Shown in pieces: positions 40,900 to 43,511 of a stretch of DNA of 43,511 bases. Origin of the DNA: a virus; the IMG/VR virus record IMGVR_UViG_3300043178_000071, positions 1 through 43,511 of that record; one strand, written 5' to 3'. The notes beneath the pieces were generated by a model that was not told where the DNA came from, made no database searches, and saw nothing but the letters and a program-made list of their open reading frames with translations. The translations under genes were made by a program, and so were the position numbers. Position 1 is the stretch's first letter, and each line of letters begins with the position of its first letter.

Positions 40900-41154
40900 A
40901 TGACGACTGACTTCGCGATGATCCTCGGGAGCTGGGTCGCTCTGCTGGTGGGTGTGGCGGCGATCGAGTGGCGCCGGGCGTATCTCCGGCGACGGGCGCA
41001 ACGGCAGCGGACGTTGTGGCGGCTGGATCAGGTCACCGCTGAGCGGCGCGCACGGCTGATCGCGATGCAGCCGCGGCACCCGCTCAGTCATGAGATGCGG
41101 CGGCGCGCGGCCCTGCGGGACAAGCTGCGCGGGCCATGGCAGGACGGGATCTGA
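40900..41154 (+). CDS. Small membrane-anchored basic protein (84 aa), first early gene
   Basis: A TM segment (ILGSWVALLVGVAAI) is followed by an Arg-rich helix. Confidence 0.55.
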   Translation: MTTDFAMILGSWVALLVGVAAIEWRRAYLRRRAQRQRTLWRLDQVTAERRARLIAMQPRHPLSHEMRRRAALRDKLRGPWQDGI

Positions 41155-41251
41155 GGACCGGCCCACGGCCATCAGGAGTAGCCGGAGAAGCCGTGTGGTC
41201 CCGAGCGGTGGGCCTCTGTCGGGACGAGTGTCAATGGTAGGGAGGAGTGCG

Positions 41252-42148
41252 ATGCATTCGACGGCAGTGGCAGAACACCCCGTGTCGGGCATAGCCGTGA
41301 CGACGGAGCAACTGGAACTCGTGCGGCGCACCGTGGCGAGCGGCGCGTCCGCGGATGAACTGAAGCTATATCTCTACGACTGCCAGCGGCAGGGCGTGCA
41401 TCCGCTCGACAAGTTGATCCACTTCACGAAGCGCGGCGGCAAGTACACGCCGATCACGTCGATTGACTTCATGCGGACGCGGGCGGCGGATACCGGCGAG
41501 TATGCCGGGTCCGATGACGCCGTGTTCGCGGCGGCGCCGTCGGGGTCCTACCCCGAGAGTGCGACAGTGACGGTCTGGCGACTGGTGCAGGGGCAGCGCT
41601 GCGCCTTCACGGCCACGGCACGGTGGGCGGAGTACTACCCGAGCGATGCGGGTGGATCGATGTGGCGCAAGATGCCGCACACCATGCTGGCGAAGTGCGC
41701 CGAAGCCCTCGCGCTCCGGAAGGGCTTCCCGCGGCAGCTGGCTGGGCTCTACGCGAAGGAAGAACTCGATCAGGCAGGCACGGGAGACGCGCCAGCCTAC
41801 GTCGTGACCGGCCCCGCTCCCATCATCAAGACCGAGCCCGTGCAGGGCATCGCCGCGGCACTACCCGGTGTCCACGTCCCGCACGGCGCGGTGCTCCTGG
41901 CCGCAGTCACACCGAAGGTGAAGGGCGCCGAAGCCGAACTGACCGCGAGCACGGGCGAGAGCTGGCTGACTTACAAGCCGCAGATCGCGGTGATTGCCGA
42001 GCAGGCGTGTCAGGCGGGCCTCCCGGTCACGCTCGAGACGCGCACGAGCAAGAGCGGCAACACCTACGTCGTCGGGATCGAGCGCGTGAATGCCAGCGAT
42101 GACGTACCGGAGCTGCCAGCCATGACGGAGGACGACGTTGCCTTCTAG
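41252..42148 (+). CDS. recT: Bet/RecT-family single-strand annealing protein with a ~120-aa C-terminal extension ending EDDVAF
   Basis: GGGAGGAG lies upstream of ATG 41252. Family-typical segments: TEQLELVRRT..GASADELKLYLYDCQRQGVHPLDKLIHF, ..SIDFMRTRAADTGEY.. and ..MWRKMPHTMLAKCAEALALRKGFPRQLAGLYAKEE. Confidence 0.8.
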   Translation: MHSTAVAEHPVSGIAVTTEQLELVRRTVASGASADELKLYLYDCQRQGVHPLDKLIHFTKRGGKYTPITSIDFMRTRAADTGEYAGSDDAVFAAAPSGSYPESATVTVWRLVQGQRCAFTATARWAEYYPSDAGGSMWRKMPHTMLAKCAEALALRKGFPRQLAGLYAKEELDQAGTGDAPAYVVTGPAPIIKTEPVQGIAAALPGVHVPHGAVLLAAVTPKVKGAEAELTASTGESWLTYKPQIAVIAEQACQAGLPVTLETRTSKSGNTYVVGIERVNASDDVPELPAMTEDDVAF

Positions 42149-42368
42149 CGACTACTTCGAGATTGCGGCGGCGGAAGCGCGGGCGGCGCGGACGCGGGTG
42201 CCGGTGACGCATTGGCAGCGGGCGGATGCGCCGCGCTACGGCCACCGGATGCAGCGGGCGGTGTGCGGGGAACTCGTGGCCGACGCACACATTACCCCCG
42301 AGCCGACGTGCCCACTCTGTCAGCAGTGGATGCGCGAGGACGATGCGGCGCTGGCGAGTCTGCTATGA
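42138..42368 (+). CDS. Small protein with a C...CPLC motif (76 aa)
   Basis: The TTG start overlaps the recT end, and the stop overlaps the next ATG. Confidence 0.45.
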   Translation: MPSSDYFEIAAAEARAARTRVPVTHWQRADAPRYGHRMQRAVCGELVADAHITPEPTCPLCQQWMREDDAALASLL

Positions 42369-42790
42369 ATATTGCCGGCGCGGGTGGCACGGCTGGGATG
42401 ATGCGCGTTTCGGAGAAAGTCGAGCAAGCGCACATCGTGCAGTTGGCGCGAGCGCTTGGGGCGTCGGTGTATGTGCTCGGCACACGGCGTCGGCGGGGGG
42501 ACTATCCGGGCACGATGCAGACGCCGGGGATCCCGGACCTGTGGATCTGGTGGCCGGCACGCCCGGCGCACTACCATCCCGCGATGGGGCTCTGGTGGGA
42601 AGTGAAGGCCGCCGACGGGTGCCGGACGGACGCGCAAGAGCAGTTCGCGGCCGAGTGTGAGGCCGCGCGCGTCCCCTATGGGTGTGGGACGTGTGACGAG
42701 TTCATCCGGTTACTGGTGTCGTGGGGGCGCGTGCGACCTGACCAAGTGAACGCGGAGCGACTCGCGCGCGCGGGGGTGCAGAGTCGATGA
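42365..42790 (+). CDS. VRR-NUC domain nuclease (PD-(D/E)xK)
   Basis: EKVEQAHIVQLARALGASVYV...GIPDLWIWW...WWEVKAADGCRTDAQEQF gives the E...PD...E-x-K...Q layout. Confidence 0.7.
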   Translation: MNIAGAGGTAGMMRVSEKVEQAHIVQLARALGASVYVLGTRRRRGDYPGTMQTPGIPDLWIWWPARPAHYHPAMGLWWEVKAADGCRTDAQEQFAAECEAARVPYGCGTCDEFIRLLVSWGRVRPDQVNAERLARAGVQSR

Positions 42791-42960
42791 CGTGGCTCCG
42801 TCGGCTCTGGCGCTGGTTGGTGGGCTCCCCGGCGGACGTGGTGAGCCCTGGGTGGGTGCGCGACCACGCGCGGCGGTCAGGCACGGTGGGCCTCGACGGG
42901 CCATCGATTCAGTGGCCGATTGACAAACTGCGGAACGAGACACCCGAGCAGCGGAGGTAG
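42787..42960 (+). CDS. Possible 57-aa ORF spanning the start of the terminal repeat
   Basis: ATGA overlap with the VRR-NUC stop. Its 3' end is duplicated at 1..52. Confidence 0.35.
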   Translation: MTWLRRLWRWLVGSPADVVSPGWVRDHARRSGTVGLDGPSIQWPIDKLRNETPEQRR

Positions 42961-43511
42961 ATCGCGTGATTGCGTATCTCGGCAGCGACCAACTGAAGCA
43001 GGATTTCCTCGCACAGGTCGCTCTACACGAACAGGCGGATGCGTTCGTCAAGGGCACCTACGGGAAAATGATGGATGGGCAGTTCCGTGGTTGCGCGGTT
43101 GGATGCTCGCTGCACAGCCTGAATCTGATGAATGGCAAGCCGCCGCTGTATGACACGTCCGTCCATGCACGATACGAGGCCGAATTGGGGCTGCCCGCAT
43201 GGCTGGCGTGGCTCCAAGATTACCTCTTCGAGGCGCTGCCTGATGCGGCGGCGGCGACATGGCCGCGGCGATTCGCGGAGGCGGTGCCGGTGGGGGCGGT
43301 GATTGATCAGCGGGCGCTGGCGCGGGTGCTGGTGTGGATCTTGACCGATGCCGAGTGGGGCATGGCGCGCACCACGGAGCGGGCGGATGTGCGGGAGTGG
43401 TGCCAGACGATCGCGGCATATATCGCGGCGGACGCGACGGGATCGGCCACGGCCGACCACCGGGAGGCAGCCGCGAGGGCCGCGAGGGCCGCGAGGGCGG
43501 CGTGGGACGCG
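42909..43511. repeat. Terminal direct repeat, copy 2 (same as 1..603)
   Basis: Same as copy 1. It ends at the window edge inside the 9-bp tandem array. Confidence 0.95.
42966..43511 (+). CDS. Duplicate 5' part of the tripeptide-repeat gene (same as 58..603), cut by the window end
   Basis: It lies inside the terminal overlap. Confidence 0.6.
   Translation, partial: MIAYLGSDQLKQDFLAQVALHEQADAFVKGTYGKMMDGQFRGCAVGCSLHSLNLMNGKPPLYDTSVHARYEAELGLPAWLAWLQDYLFEALPDAAAATWPRRFAEAVPVGAVIDQRALARVLVWILTDAEWGMARTTERADVREWCQTIAAYIAADATGSATADHREAAARAARAARAAWDA

Overview
The window is one complete high-GC (about two-thirds G+C by eye) tailed-phage genome of 42,908 bp plus a 603-bp terminal overlap: bases 1-603 recur exactly at 42909-43511. 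This indicates a circular or circularly permuted, metagenome-style assembly. Almost all genes are on the + strand, tightly packed, with many GTGA/ATGA stop-start overlaps.

Layout:
- 40.8-43.5 kb and 0-7.3 kb: early/accessory region. It holds a small regulator with divergent promoters, Bet/RecT, a VRR-NUC nuclease, a tripeptide-repeat protein, an SNF2-helicase::DNA-methyltransferase fusion, two decayed methyltransferase genes, a hexamer microsatellite, a consensus promoter driving an ORF-poor structured transcript, and a leftward two-gene operon.
- 7.4-14 kb: NrdR/Ogr-like zinc-ribbon protein, small and large terminase, portal, GroES-like co-chaperonin, scaffold-like genes.
- 14.05-20.4 kb: an eight-gene sugar module (NeuB, NeuA, DegT-fold enzyme, HxGH nucleotidyltransferase, cupin, SAM-MTase-like, two GT-B-like proteins) inserted inside the head operon.
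- 20.6-35.2 kb: decoration-like protein, major capsid protein, Ser/Thr-rich structural proteins, adaptor- and nozzle-like proteins, tail fibre, large internal-virion-like proteins. The layout is podovirus-like, with no tape measure or sheath.
- 35.2-38.7 kb: lysis region with an M15 peptidase, two TIM-barrel-like proteins, holin-like proteins and a lipoprotein.
- 38.7-40.6 kb: three late proteins, including a LamG-like lectin-fold protein.

I saw no tRNA, CRISPR array, integrase, reverse transcriptase, DNA polymerase or primase.

The two most unusual items are the nonulosonic-acid/sugar-nucleotide module embedded between the scaffold and capsid genes, and the locus at 4.06-5.0 kb (Hfq-like ORF, adenine-free hexamer array, consensus promoter, roughly 390-nt structured RNA).

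All functional calls rest on motif recognition by eye. No database search was possible.
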